Source: Octopus sinensis
Lineage: Eukaryota
Length of the DNA: 64,000 bases
Reading direction: 5' to 3'
Assembly: GCF_006345805.1 (NCBI RefSeq)
Contig: NC_042999.1
Coordinates: 28,830,001-28,894,000 of the forward strand
Shown in pieces: positions 1-11,363 of the stretch (position 1 is the first letter of the stretch; the number at the start of each line of letters is the position of its first letter). Made by a program: the position numbers and the translations under genes. The notes under the pieces are model-generated. The model was not told the DNA's origin. It did no database searches and saw only the letters and a program-made list of their open reading frames with translations.

Positions 1-1015
1 ATATATCCATTGGAACAGAGGAAAAATGGGATGAATATCCTTTGCAATTTCTCTGCAAAAGGTTTAACATATTATATATGCTCAGTCTTGAATCGAATCC
101 AAATATTCCCCACGTTCAACTCAAGCGAAGGTAAACCGCATATTTAAAATTCATATATGAAAAAGAGTAAATCTGCTTCCAAGAAGTAAACATGTTTCAC
201 ATTAAGAAATAAAGTATACATGAAATAGCTTGGTCCACCATGGAGTTGCATCCACGATCCCAAGGTCAAAATACTCCCTGCTGGTTATATTTGAAGGACT
301 CAATATGGATACTGTCACATAACCCAGTAAAAAATATTTAAGCAAGCAGTACAAGGCATTTTCGTCCTGCGTTCATAAACTTTTAAACATTTAAAATCTA
401 CCTAAAATTAATCTAAAAAATTACTTTCAGTAAATAAATAATTACTTTCACCTATCATATTTTCTTCTGTATTTTATTCTATAGATTCAGAATTTATACC
501 TCTCCCATAAGTCATATAACAATAACACACCTACTCCTTAGTTTATGCAATGTCTGTTCAATAGTAACCCTATTAAAAAGAATGGCATAAAAGAAGCGTT
601 CACTTTTTGTGTTCATAAATGTACCAAGGCTTTAAGATTTGTCTACACGCCCAATGCTAGTAAGACAGCTACATATATATACTTATGTAATATTTTTACA
701 TTAATAAGTAGTTCATTACCACACTTAATTAAATTAGTATACTTAATTTCACCATAAATTTTTATTATATATTTTTTTCTTTTGCTACAATTTACTTTCC
801 TACATTAATTACTTTTCTATAGCCCATCTAGATTATGATTTATATAATACCTATTATAATTAAACAAAGACAAATATAAATTTATATACTTGCATTGACA
901 GGTATCTTTTTTTACTGAAGATATTTTCTTGCTTAATTACAATTCTATCGTTTAATATCACTCTACCTCACTCACGTACGTTATAATTCATATCATAAGA
1001 ACCTAGCGCTAACAT

Positions 1016-1143
<128 letters not shown>

Positions 1144-1317
1144 AGAATTATTGTTGTTAAAACAGTAATAATGAGGCGGTTAGCAAGACATCTATCTTTA
1201 TAGGTATGATATTAAATTTTAACAGCAATAGGCGTTTTTTTTTAAACTTCATCAAATAAATATTTCCAGAATTTTATTGAACCCTGTGTTTTCGCACCCG
1301 GTTATTAAACCCCTAAG

Positions 1318-2088
1318 ATGCCGCTCAATTGCCCTACAGCTTCTAAGACTTCTAGCAGGGAACCTAAGCACCAGAAAAATGTTTGACCCTCCATGAGAAT
1401 GCACAACAGCTGGATATCATCCGGGAAGGTAAAATTTATGCTGCAGTAGAGAGTGGCTTGTTCTGGAAGAACATGTCTTCCAGAACGTAATCCTGAAGGA
1501 TGAAGCCAGAGCCCCAGTATTTAAGGCACAGAAGAACAGAATGATGCTATATATGTGTGGCAAGGTTGCTGGCTTCATAATGGAACCTGAACTTATCGAC
1601 AAGTCCGTGAACCCGAGGGCCTTCAAAAGTAAGAATAAAAATCTGATGCCTGTCCACTGGATGCACAAGGTTTGGATTACTACAAGTCTAACTTTGAATT
1701 GGTTCCACCAATACTTCATCTCTCAAACCAAGGAATACTTCCGAAATGTTTGCATAGAATCCAAGGTGTTGTTTGTTGTGGCTAGTGCTGGTAGTCAATC
1801 GTTTGATTTGAATAACGAGGGAGTTCGTGTCGAGTCCTCCCTGCCAAAATCACCTCCCTCGTCCAGCCTATGGATCAAAGCGTGATTCGTGCCCTCAAGG
1901 CACAGTACACACGGATCTATCTCCAACACCTTCTGATTGCAATGGATTCGGACGAGAATTTAAAGTTAAAGGAGTACTGTCGTAATTTTCCACTCTTCCC
2001 TTAAAGACATGAAAAAAGAAACACCCATCGCATGCTGGAAGAAGATGTGTAGATATATATATATAAATACACACACACACACACACAC

Positions 2089-2157
<69 letters not shown>

Positions 2158-2273
2158 TACTTTATATTTTGACATTTATAGGCATTTTTATGGACCACGT
2201 CCAATATTTTCAGATTTTCACTACTCACGGGGGCTCTAAGAACGTAACCTCCGTGAATACCGGGGGACCACTG
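1318..2273 (+). mobile_element. Tigger/pogo-like DNA transposon remnant, internally deleted (CENP-B-type N-terminus fused to DDE_1 domain)
   Basis: Broken frames give EPKHQK..LTLHE..QLDIIREGK.YAAV, then ESGLFWK, LYMCGKVAGF.MEPELIDKSVNPRAFK.KNKNLMPVHWMH (ORF 1541-1885), VQPMDQSVIRALKAQY and KETPIACWKK. A Tigger-like right end CGTAACCTCCGTGAATACCGGGGGACCACTG ends at 2273. Left TIR not found. Confidence 0.85.
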
Positions 2274-2314
2274 TGTGTATCTCTCTGTCTCTCTGTCTGT
2301 CTCTCTCTCTCATC

Positions 2315-2345
<31 letters not shown>

Positions 2346-2734
2346 TTCATTTATTTCTAATAACCGTGCTCTTTCACGAATATTCTCATATTTTTATGTT
2401 TTATGCTTCTATATGGACTTGTGCCAAAATTGTGCAAATCAATACATTTTACTATAGCCTGTTGAGACGTTGCTCCACTCCATCCCACTCCAGAGTGCTG
2501 ACAGGCTATCCTAATGTGCTTTCATTTATCTTATCTTCTTTACAACCTTTTTGCATTACCTTTTCGCTCATTCCTTATCAGTAGAGCGTACAATAATCCC
2601 TATCTTTCTAAACACATGCATGAATGCATCACGAGTATGCACATATGAGTATGTGTGTGCATTTCTGCGTGCTGCGTTCATGCTCACATATATATATGCA
2701 TTGGTATATATGTATATATACGTATATGTGAATG

Positions 2735-2774
<40 letters not shown>

Positions 2775-2836
2775 TACATATACATATATGCCCAAGTATA
2801 AACGTGTGAGGTTGAACATGTATATACATGTATGCA

Positions 2837-2902
<66 letters not shown>

Positions 2903-2969
2903 ATATAGGTACATATACATATATGCCCAAGTATAAACGTGTGAGGTTGAACATGTATATACATGTATG

Positions 2970-3015
<46 letters not shown>

Positions 3016-3969
3016 CTAAGACACACGCACATATGCGTATACATACACACACATATATATGTATTTTTGTGTGTGTAGATATGGACATACGTATCTATTG
3101 TTACATGTGAGTCTTCATGCGTATATCTCGATTTGAGGTTGTATGAGTACGTTTGTGTATGTATTCATATATGTGTACACACACATACACACAGACAAAT
3201 ACACACAGATACACATACACAGACACACACACACACAGACACACATATATACATATATACATATGTAGCAATATACGCGAATGTATATGCGTCTGTTTAA
3301 TTCCTATGATATGTACGCCCTAACTACAAATTTATCCTTACTTCACACAGTCCCTTATCATTTGAAGGCTGATATCAAACTCATTTCCCTTCAATAAGGG
3401 AATTGATAACTTCTCTCATACTTAACCTTGGATTTTCATGGATACTTCACCAATGTAACTGCTAGCAGGTATCATAGTTAACTAAATCTTTCGGTAATTC
3501 TTCGACCATGGAAATATGAACAAATGTTAGCCTCCTAAATTTATGCCATGCTTAGTTATGGAAAGAATAATTATCAACTAATATTCTTGTTTCAGGATAT
3601 TCTTTATATATTTCTCTCTCTCTCTGTCTCTCACCGGTGACGGAATACATTACTTATGTGGAAGACCCTCCATAATAATCTATTCTAGAAACCGGCAGAT
3701 TTTTTGCTGCAAACGGACAATATATGACGTTATGTGGATCCAAAAAAGGAATCCAGACACATACAGCAAAGAGACTGCAGAAGGTGAGTACCATTCTATT
3801 AAACTACGATTATAGAATGGAATATCTGCTTTCAAGAGATTGGGGGCATGTCGATGTTAATTACAATAAAATGACGAAATGCTTGAGCATCGTACCTGAA
3901 CAACCAGCAACTTTGGAAGAAATAAAAAGACATGCGAGAAATGACAAATTTATTAATCAGATATGAAGA

Positions 3970-4351
3970 GGGGGAAGCACTCCGTCGGTTACGACGACGA
4001 GGGTTCCGGTTGATCCGATCAACGGAACAGCCGGCTCGTGAAATTAACGTGTAAGTGGTTGAGCACTTCACATACACGTGTACCCTTAACGTAGTTCTCG
4101 GGGATATTCAGCGTGACACAGAGAGTGACAAGGCCGGCCCTTTGAAATACAGGTACAACAGAAACAAGAAGAAAGAGTGAGAGAAAGTTGTGGTGAAAGA
4201 GTAGTGCAGGGATCATCACCATCCCTGCCGGAGCCTCGTGGAGCTTTAGGTGTTTTCGCTCAATAAACACTTACAACGCCCGGTCTGGGAATCGAAACCG
4301 CGATCCTACGACCGCGAGTCCGCTGCCCTAAACACTGGGCCATTGCACTTC
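3970..4351 (-). mobile_element. tRNA-derived SINE (family C) inserted in Gypsy pol
   Basis: Minus-strand head TGGCCCAGTGTTTAGG (A box) ... GGTTTCGATTCCC (B box); 12-bp TSD CAGATATGAAGA at 3958-3969 and 4352-4363. Confidence 0.9.
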
Positions 4352-5350
4352 CAGATATGAAGAAAGCTGTGGCCGACGAAAGGAAATAAAGAAATGTTTG
4401 ATGCAAAGAACCACCAAGATGTGAGAGTGTAGTCTATATGTGATGGTGAGGGTGGTCATACCACAGACATTTCACAATAGAACGTTAAAAGAGTTCCATG
4501 TTAGACACCCAGGCATCACTAGAATGAAAGCGCTGATGCGAAATTTCGTGTACTGGCCAAGCATGGAGAAAGAATTTGAAAAGCTGTTAAAAGGCTGCAG
4601 AAAATGTGCGCTGACAGCGAAACTACCTAATACAGAACGTTAACCATAGCCGGACGTGAAGACACCATGGTTCGGATTACATATCGATTTTGCAGGCCCG
4701 GTAAATGGATATTATTACTTAATAGTAATGGACAGCAACAAAAAATGACCTCAGATCGGGTGGTGTATTTCAGCAACCTCATATACGTTAATAAACATCT
4801 TAGACGGGCTGTTCATAAGATTTGGTGTACTGGACATAATTGTTTGTGATAACGGAACACAGTTTTTATCCTACGAATTTAAACGATTCTGTGAGATGTT
4901 AACGTTAGAACATAAAATTCTAGCACCGTATCACCCAAGATGGAATAGAAGGGCCCAACAATTAGTTGAGCGCCAGAAGGATGCTCATCAGCAGAATTAA
5001 TGTTTGCCAGAAAGGTGAAGTCTGTATTCGATACACTGTTACCAGGGAAGGAAAACATACGTGCTAGTAAGCACATGCCAACATTTTGTACAATTGGTGA
5101 TAAGGTATATGTAAGAAAGTACAATAATCGCAAGCAATGGAAATGGAAATAACGATGGATTGGCTATATGGCACTTTTCAGGTTTCAACACCGTTACAAT
5201 AAGTGGAAAGCACACGTACAAGGAAAAGGAAGAACACTGAATTCCTAAAAACAGACCTTAAGAAAGAAAGATATTGGGTATATAACAAAAAGGAGGAGGT
5301 CGAGGGAATAAAAGAAATTGATTGTTAAATAAAATAATTAAAAAGGGAGA

Positions 5351-5619
5351 TGTTGTATAGACAATCTATACCCCGCTCGGTAATAAGTGATTGGAGTCAG
5401 CCATTATGAATTGACCAGTAGCTGGACTGAGAGGGTCGAGAGTCGAAGAGTTGAGAGTCGACAGTTCTAATCGATGTCTTGTCGAGCTATCATTGATAGT
5501 AATACAGAAGTGTATTACTATTCCGGTACGAAGAGATAGAACGGTACCCGTTGACTTGTAACTTTAGTGGCTACTAGCGTAAAACAGCAACTACAGTACA
5601 AAGGCAGTCACACATTACA
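5351..5619 (+). repeat. Putative 3' LTR of the Gypsy element
   Basis: Purine tract AAAAGGGAGA (5341-5350) is followed directly by TGTTGTA; a candidate end CATTACA at 5619 gives TG...CA termini. No partner LTR in the window, so the right end is uncertain. Confidence 0.55.
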
Positions 5620-6084
5620 TCAGTGGTGGGAACCCACTTTACACAAGTTTGTTATTTATTGTTACCAATAACGATAACTGTCGAAAAATTGTGATGTTAA
5701 AACTATTTCCATTTTACTTTCATATGTTATTAATTTATCTTCGTTTATTTTCTTCTTACACTGAAATTAGAATTTATACACTTTCCAAATTTAATTTTCC
5801 CAACAGAAATACTTAATTCCCATAACAAAATTTAGAAGTCGATAAAAATCAGTCTGGAAACTGTGGTGATTTCCATATTGGAAAACATTTTTTTTTCCAG
5901 ATTACCGCAATATATCCGTGTGTTTATCACTGTGGTTCATATAAACAGTCGAACACTCACACGCGCGTACTTATACTGACAGACAGACATACACACACAC
6001 CTACATACATATAAAAAATCAGAAAGAAGGGAGTATATATATGCATCAAACATATTTCAGCTAAAATAACATTGTTTGCAAATA

Positions 6085-6950
6085 AAAGGGTGGGCTGAAA
6101 AGTCCATAGGCTGACTAAATAATAATAATAATAATAATAATAATTGTGTACAGTGCTCAGGTGCACTACAACTCATCTAAAGTGTATATATAATCAAGTG
6201 TAGTTTTGGCGGATTTCGGAAAGCATGAGGGCCTTAAAGGATGCAGTGTCATGGCAGTCAACAACTGACGCAGGCAGTTTATTCCATGCTTCAGCAACTC
6301 TGAGCGTGAAAAAATGTTTCCGAAAGTCATGGGAGCTGTGTTGACTAGGAAGGGTTGATACTAGAACTATGAAATCTATGATGAGATAATTTCAACGTTT
6401 TTAAGTATTAAAGGCAGTGTTTATTTCCAGGTAAAAAAGCATCTTATTCTTCAAAGAAGTTTCATGTGTAATTTGTAGCGACATCTTTTTAAAATGAATG
6501 CGATTTCGTACAGTAGATTTACCATGTACCAGCAAGAAAATGAGTTTAACTCCTAAAAACATTGATGCTGACATGGTTACTACATTACGGGATGACGCAC
6601 TTTCTGAATCAACATTGCGAAAGTGGACAGCTGAATTTAGGAAGAGAAGGGATAGTCTAGAGAATTAGCCAAACTCTGGATGTCCTGTGACACTCACCAC
6701 TAAGTCAAACATTTATCACATTTGCTGCAAGCTGATAGATGACAGGTTATTGACTATACATCAAATGGCCAATGCTATAAGCATATCCCGTGTGAGATTT
6801 GAGAATATCCTACGCAATGAACTTGGCATGACGAAGGTTTATTCTCTGTGGGTACCTCGTATTCTGACACATGATCAAAAGCGCACCGGGTTAATCACAT
6901 CACGGGAAGATTTACCTTCATGCGAAGCCGATTTAGTCAGTTTCCGTTAA
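6085..6950 (+). mobile_element. Mariner (Mos1/Hsmar-like) DNA transposon, 3'-truncated
   Basis: TIR-like start AGGGTGGGCTGAAAAGT. Transposase N-half ...LRDDALSESTLRKWTAEF...DDRLLTIHQMANAISISR...ILRNELGMTKVYSLWVPRILT (variant of the WVPHEL motif); one in-frame stop; DDD domain absent. Confidence 0.88.
6118..6341 (-). mobile_element. 5'-truncated CR1/L2-type LINE 3' end nested in the mariner 5' region
   Basis: Minus strand reads FFTLRVAEAWNKLPASVVDCHDTASFKALML (RV..WN.LP..VV motif), then a short UTR and (ATT)n tail; candidate 6-bp TSD TGACTA at 6112-6117 and 6342-6347. Confidence 0.75.
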
Positions 6951-7309
6951 CGTTACACTTACAAACAGGCGCATAATTGCAAAATATTTCTAAGGTAAAA
7001 TGCCTCTTAGATGTGAATGCAAACGGAATAAACAAACTTAAGATATTCTGGTTTTGGAGGTAAAAATACACCAAACTGTGCATAGTGGGAAGACACTCCG
7101 AAAATAACAATCCTTAACGCCACGGAACTCTAAACTGTCCATTAGATTTTATGCTGGACAACATATACATAAAGAGAAAATGTTTTTTAAAGTACAGTAA
7201 ATATTTCATAAACAAACTAGGTATGAAATAATTTTCTTTCCATAGGTTTCTTACGAGTGCTTTCAATATATCTCACTTCAAAATATTTGGCTGCTATTTC
7301 GTTGTTGCA

Positions 7310-7756
7310 CGGGTGGGGTGTGGGTTCGGCTGAGGGTTGGGTTATGTAGGTAGTTAGAGGGTGGGGGTTGAGGTGGGGGTTTGTTGGTAGGCAAAGGGTG
7401 GGGTATGTGGGAGAGGGTGTTGCGGATATGATTTTAGAATGGGAACGATAGGGAAGGTGAATGTGTAGGGGTGGGTGGGCTTATGGGGCAGCGTTGACGA
7501 TGAAGGGAGAAGGGGAAGGTGGGTATGTGAGGAGAGAGAGTAAGAGAGAAGAGAGAAGAGAGAAGAGAGAAAGAGTGTAAAAGAGAAGAGAGAAAGCGAG
7601 AAGAGAGAAAGAGGGAAGAGAGAAAGAGAGTAATGGAGAGGAAAAGTAGGAGTGAAGAGAAGTAGGAGTCGGGGCAAGAGAGGAGAGTTGTGTGGGAGGA
7701 AGAAGGAGGGAGGGGTAGAGGAGCAAGGAGAGGAGGTTAGATGAAGAGGGGAGGAG
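7310..7756. repeat. G-rich / (GA)-rich low-complexity tract, probably the PLE 3' UTR
   Basis: Runs of GGG/GGGG followed by degenerate (GAGAA)n, immediately downstream of the GIY-YIG fragment on the minus strand. Confidence 0.6.
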
Positions 7757-7967
7757 AGTTGAGCCCAAATGGTGTAAAGAAGCGAAGAGACAAGATTAAT
7801 CCCTGTTCAAGTCGCAAACGGGACTCAGGATGGCCTCTGTGCGAGGACAATCTGAACACGGACAGGTGTTGCAAAGAATGACCGGTAGAGCGGAAATGAC
7901 ATGAGACCGGGGTGTCATTGCCGAGGCGGATGTCTCGGAGGTGTTCCGCGAAGGGGTCAGCCAATGT
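7757..7967 (-). mobile_element. Penelope-like element GIY-YIG endonuclease C-terminal fragment
   Basis: LADPFAEHLRDIRLGNDTPVSCHFRSTGHSLQHLSV...RLRLEQGLILSLRFFTPFGLN matches the RF.EH...PVA.HF...GH...EQ.LI..L....P.GLN pattern of PLE GIY-YIG domains; the 5' end abuts (TA)n. Confidence 0.75.
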
Positions 7968-8013
7968 ATACATACATATACATAAATATATATGTATATA
8001 TATATATGTAATA

Positions 8014-8064
<51 letters not shown>

Positions 8065-9445
8065 TATATATAATATATATATATAATATATATATACATA
8101 AATATATATGTATATATATGTATATATATGTATATATATGTCTATTATATGTATATATATATTATATATGTATATATGAATATACTAATGTGTATATTTG
8201 TATGTACTATGGTTGGAGAATTTTTTTAGCAGCATTGGGAAGTGGCGACATTCGAACTGAAAAGTGTGGCGTTACATGTTGGTAAACAATTAGCTGACTT
8301 CAATTCAAGCGCCTTATAGTAATTATAGGATAGTGTGGTACGATGGTCAATCTTCTATATCCAACCGTCGCATACCTCATACCACCCGGGTTTAACAATT
8401 ACCTAGCATCTGAATATAATCTTCAGGAGCAATTCTGAATTTAGAATGACAATTTTTTTTTTCGTCTTGGGTACAGTAAAACCTTCACGCCAGAGACTTA
8501 GATTTTCGTCTGTTAAGGGTTTAGCAACATATAGGACGTGGACGTTTCATAAAGTCGTTGTCTTTCTCATATAGCTAAAATGATTCTCAGTTCTTTCATT
8601 TTTATTAGTATTATCTCATGCCATGTGGTAACAATAGGATGTAAAAAACGACATAATTGGTATCAAGAGAACGATATAATAAACTGACAAATAGGTGTCC
8701 TCAAATACCTCTTGCATTTCTGTACACCAAGGGACAAACGCACTTACACACAAACATACATACGCACGTATATTTACGCACTTAGACACACTTAGGCGCT
8801 TACACACAAACATACATACACACACGTATATTTACGTATGCGTGCATACACAGACACGCACACACATATATCTTTACAGATTAATAGACAGATTAATAGC
8901 AACATTGCCTATGAGTCCGTGTAGGTGATGTATTTGTGTATTTAAATGCGTATACATTCTAGAATGTAGGCATATGCAAATAGAGACATTGAAAGAAGTA
9001 TAATTGTTAAAAAGGAAATATTCTGTGTGCAATAAGCTTTTTTCATTTGATATATTCTGATGTCTAGTGTTATAATCTCTATATTATCTCATTTTATCAA
9101 TTCAGTACAGTGTAATATTTTCACTCCGTTTCACAAATCATAAGTTTCGCTTCATATTCATACGTTTAACTCTATGTTGAAAAGAATAAATGGCCTGTGC
9201 GTAATATAAAACGCAATAAAAAAATCCGAAACATCTTTATTTCTTCTGTGAAAAAACGCTATAATGATACTAAAATATGTGTTCAAAGAAATAGTTAAAA
9301 TTAGAATATTTATAAAATATTAATTACTGAATTTAAGCAATGATAAAGGGAACGGCGCTGGAATTATTTAACTTCAGAACGTAAAACATATCCTAATGTT
9401 GATTGATTCTCAGGGTTTATATGAAAGTTATAAACTTACAAATTG

Positions 9446-9481
<36 letters not shown>

Positions 9482-9911
9482 GTATGTATGTATCTATGTA
9501 TGTATCTATGTATGTATCTATGTACGTATCTATGTATATATGTATGTATGTTTGTACGGATACATACATACCTACACACATATATATATATATACATATG
9601 TATATAGGTATGTGTGTATGAATGCATATGTGTGTGTGTGTGATGTACATCTACAGAAATAGGGAGACATAGGTACACGTACACAGCAGTAATATCAAAA
9701 GGTAATATTTATCTTCTACGTAGTGTGAGCGTTGTGTTATTACACAGAATACAGCGTTATTCAACATGAGAGTTGCTCGAAGCTGGAGGTTATGGCCCGA
9801 CAACGATATGAACACGAGTGCATTTAGGCACCAAACATTTTTATGAGAGAGAATACTGAATATATATGTAAACATACATGCATACACTCACACACAAACA
9901 CATATATATAT

Positions 9912-10135
9912 ATTCTTTTATTCTTTTATTCTTTTAGTTATTTCAGTCATTTGATTGCGGACATGCTGGAGCACTGCCTTTAGTCGAATAATTCAACCAC
10001 ATGACTTTTTCTTTGTAATTAGACTATCAGTATCTTTTGTCGAACCGCTACGTTACGGAGACGTAAACACACTGACATCGGTTGTCATGTGATGGTGGGT
10101 GACGATGAAAACACAGACACACAAATACATACATA
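9912..10135 (-). mobile_element. SINE family A, 3' half
   Basis: Reverse complement of the 3' module at 44540-44745 (CATGCTGGAGCAC, GAACCGCTA, CATCGGTTGTCA). Confidence 0.8.
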
Positions 10136-10552
10136 TACAGGGTCACCCAAATGTTGGTTTACATTTATCACGAAGTCACTTTAAATTCTTTCAAAATATT
10201 TTATCACATTTAAATTCATGACATTTAAATCTTACAATTAACTAAATTAACATAGAGTAATGGTTAAGTATTTATTTTTTATAATTAAGATCTAAACTGT
10301 TAATATATGAATGCGAAAGTAATCATTGAATAACTGTAAACCTACTTTTGTGGCCACCATGTATGTGTACATGTATATATATGTGTATATATGTGTATGT
10401 ATATATAAATTAAATTAGAGATAAAATCACTATTAGGCAACTCAAACAGTGATAGACACAAACCAAGACATAAGAAACAAAAAAAATAAATATAATTAAT
10501 ATAATATACAATATATATATATATAATATATATATATATAATATATATGTAT

Positions 10553-10622
<70 letters not shown>

Positions 10623-10625
<3 letters not shown>

Positions 10626-10965
10626 CACAGTTGTTGCTGTGTGGTAAGGAGCTTGCTTACCTACCACATGGTTCCGGGTTCAGTCCACCGCGCAGCACCT
10701 TGGGCAGTTGTCTTCTACTGTAGCCTAAGGTCGATCAAAGCCTTGTGAGTGGATTTGGTAGACGGAACTTTGTGTGTGTGTGTGTGTGCGTATGTGTGTG
10801 TTCATGTTTGTTTGTCTGTGTTTGCCCCACCATCGCTTAACAACCGATGCTTGTATGTTTACGTCCTCGTCAATTAGCAGTTCGGAAAAAGAAATGATTG
10901 AATACGTACTAGCCTTACAAAGAATAATTCCTGGGGTCGATTTGTTCGACTATAGGCATATAATT
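10623..10965 (+). mobile_element. tRNA-derived SINE family A
   Basis: Head GTGTGGTAAGGAGCTTGCTTAC...GGTTCCGGGTTCAGTCC, central (TG)n and 3' module shared with 44330-44745. Confidence 0.85.
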
Positions 10966-11164
10966 CATAAAAGTGAGTTTATATTGACCCTAATAGCTAA
11001 ATTGCCGAAAGTGTGTCTTGGTTGTGTCATAGCATCAGCTGTTCCTCCACAATGTTCTTGTCAATAGAAATCATAGGTAGGATAGCTAGCTGTAGGTTGG
11101 CAGCCAGGGTGGTGAATTTTAATGTGGGTGTTCGTTGACTCGAAGAAACTTGAGAATCTGGGCG

Positions 11165-11265
11165 GCCACTGCGTGGCACCTTAGGCAAGTGTCTTCTAGT
11201 TTATCCTCAGGCCGACCAAAGCCTTGTGAGCAAATTTTGTAGACAGAGCCTGAAAAAAAAACCGT

Positions 11266-11270
<5 letters not shown>
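11165..11270 (+). mobile_element. SINE family A internal fragment
   Basis: CCACTGCGTGGCACCTTAGGCAAGTGTCTTCTA...GGCCGACCAAAGCCTTGTGAG matches the family A body. Confidence 0.8.
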
Positions 11271-11311
<41 letters not shown>

Positions 11312-11317
11312 ATATAA

Positions 11318-11363
<46 letters not shown>

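Larger units (their letters stand above)
3640..5619 (+). mobile_element. Ty3/Gypsy LTR retrotransposon 3' remnant (RNase H end, integrase Zn-binding and core, PPT, 3' LTR)
   Basis: ORF 3724 GSKKGIQTHTAKRLQK...LLNYDYRMEY (RNase H end). ORF 4440 RVVIPQ...HVRHPGITRMKALMRNFVYWPSM...CRKC (H2C2 zinc domain). Frameshifted core HIDFAGP...DNGTQF...PYHP at ~4670-4940. Multiple stops and frameshifts. Confidence 0.88.

Noticed and set aside
2551-3078. Long ORFs rich in YI/IY, MYVC or HT repeats here and at 7992, 9396, 34190 and 49348
   Set aside because: Translations of (TA)n, (TACA)n and (CA)n microsatellites; no coding signal.
4270-4351. tRNA-like sequences with A and B boxes here and at other SINE heads
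   Set aside because: They are SINE heads joined to SINE bodies; no complete cloverleaf is evident.
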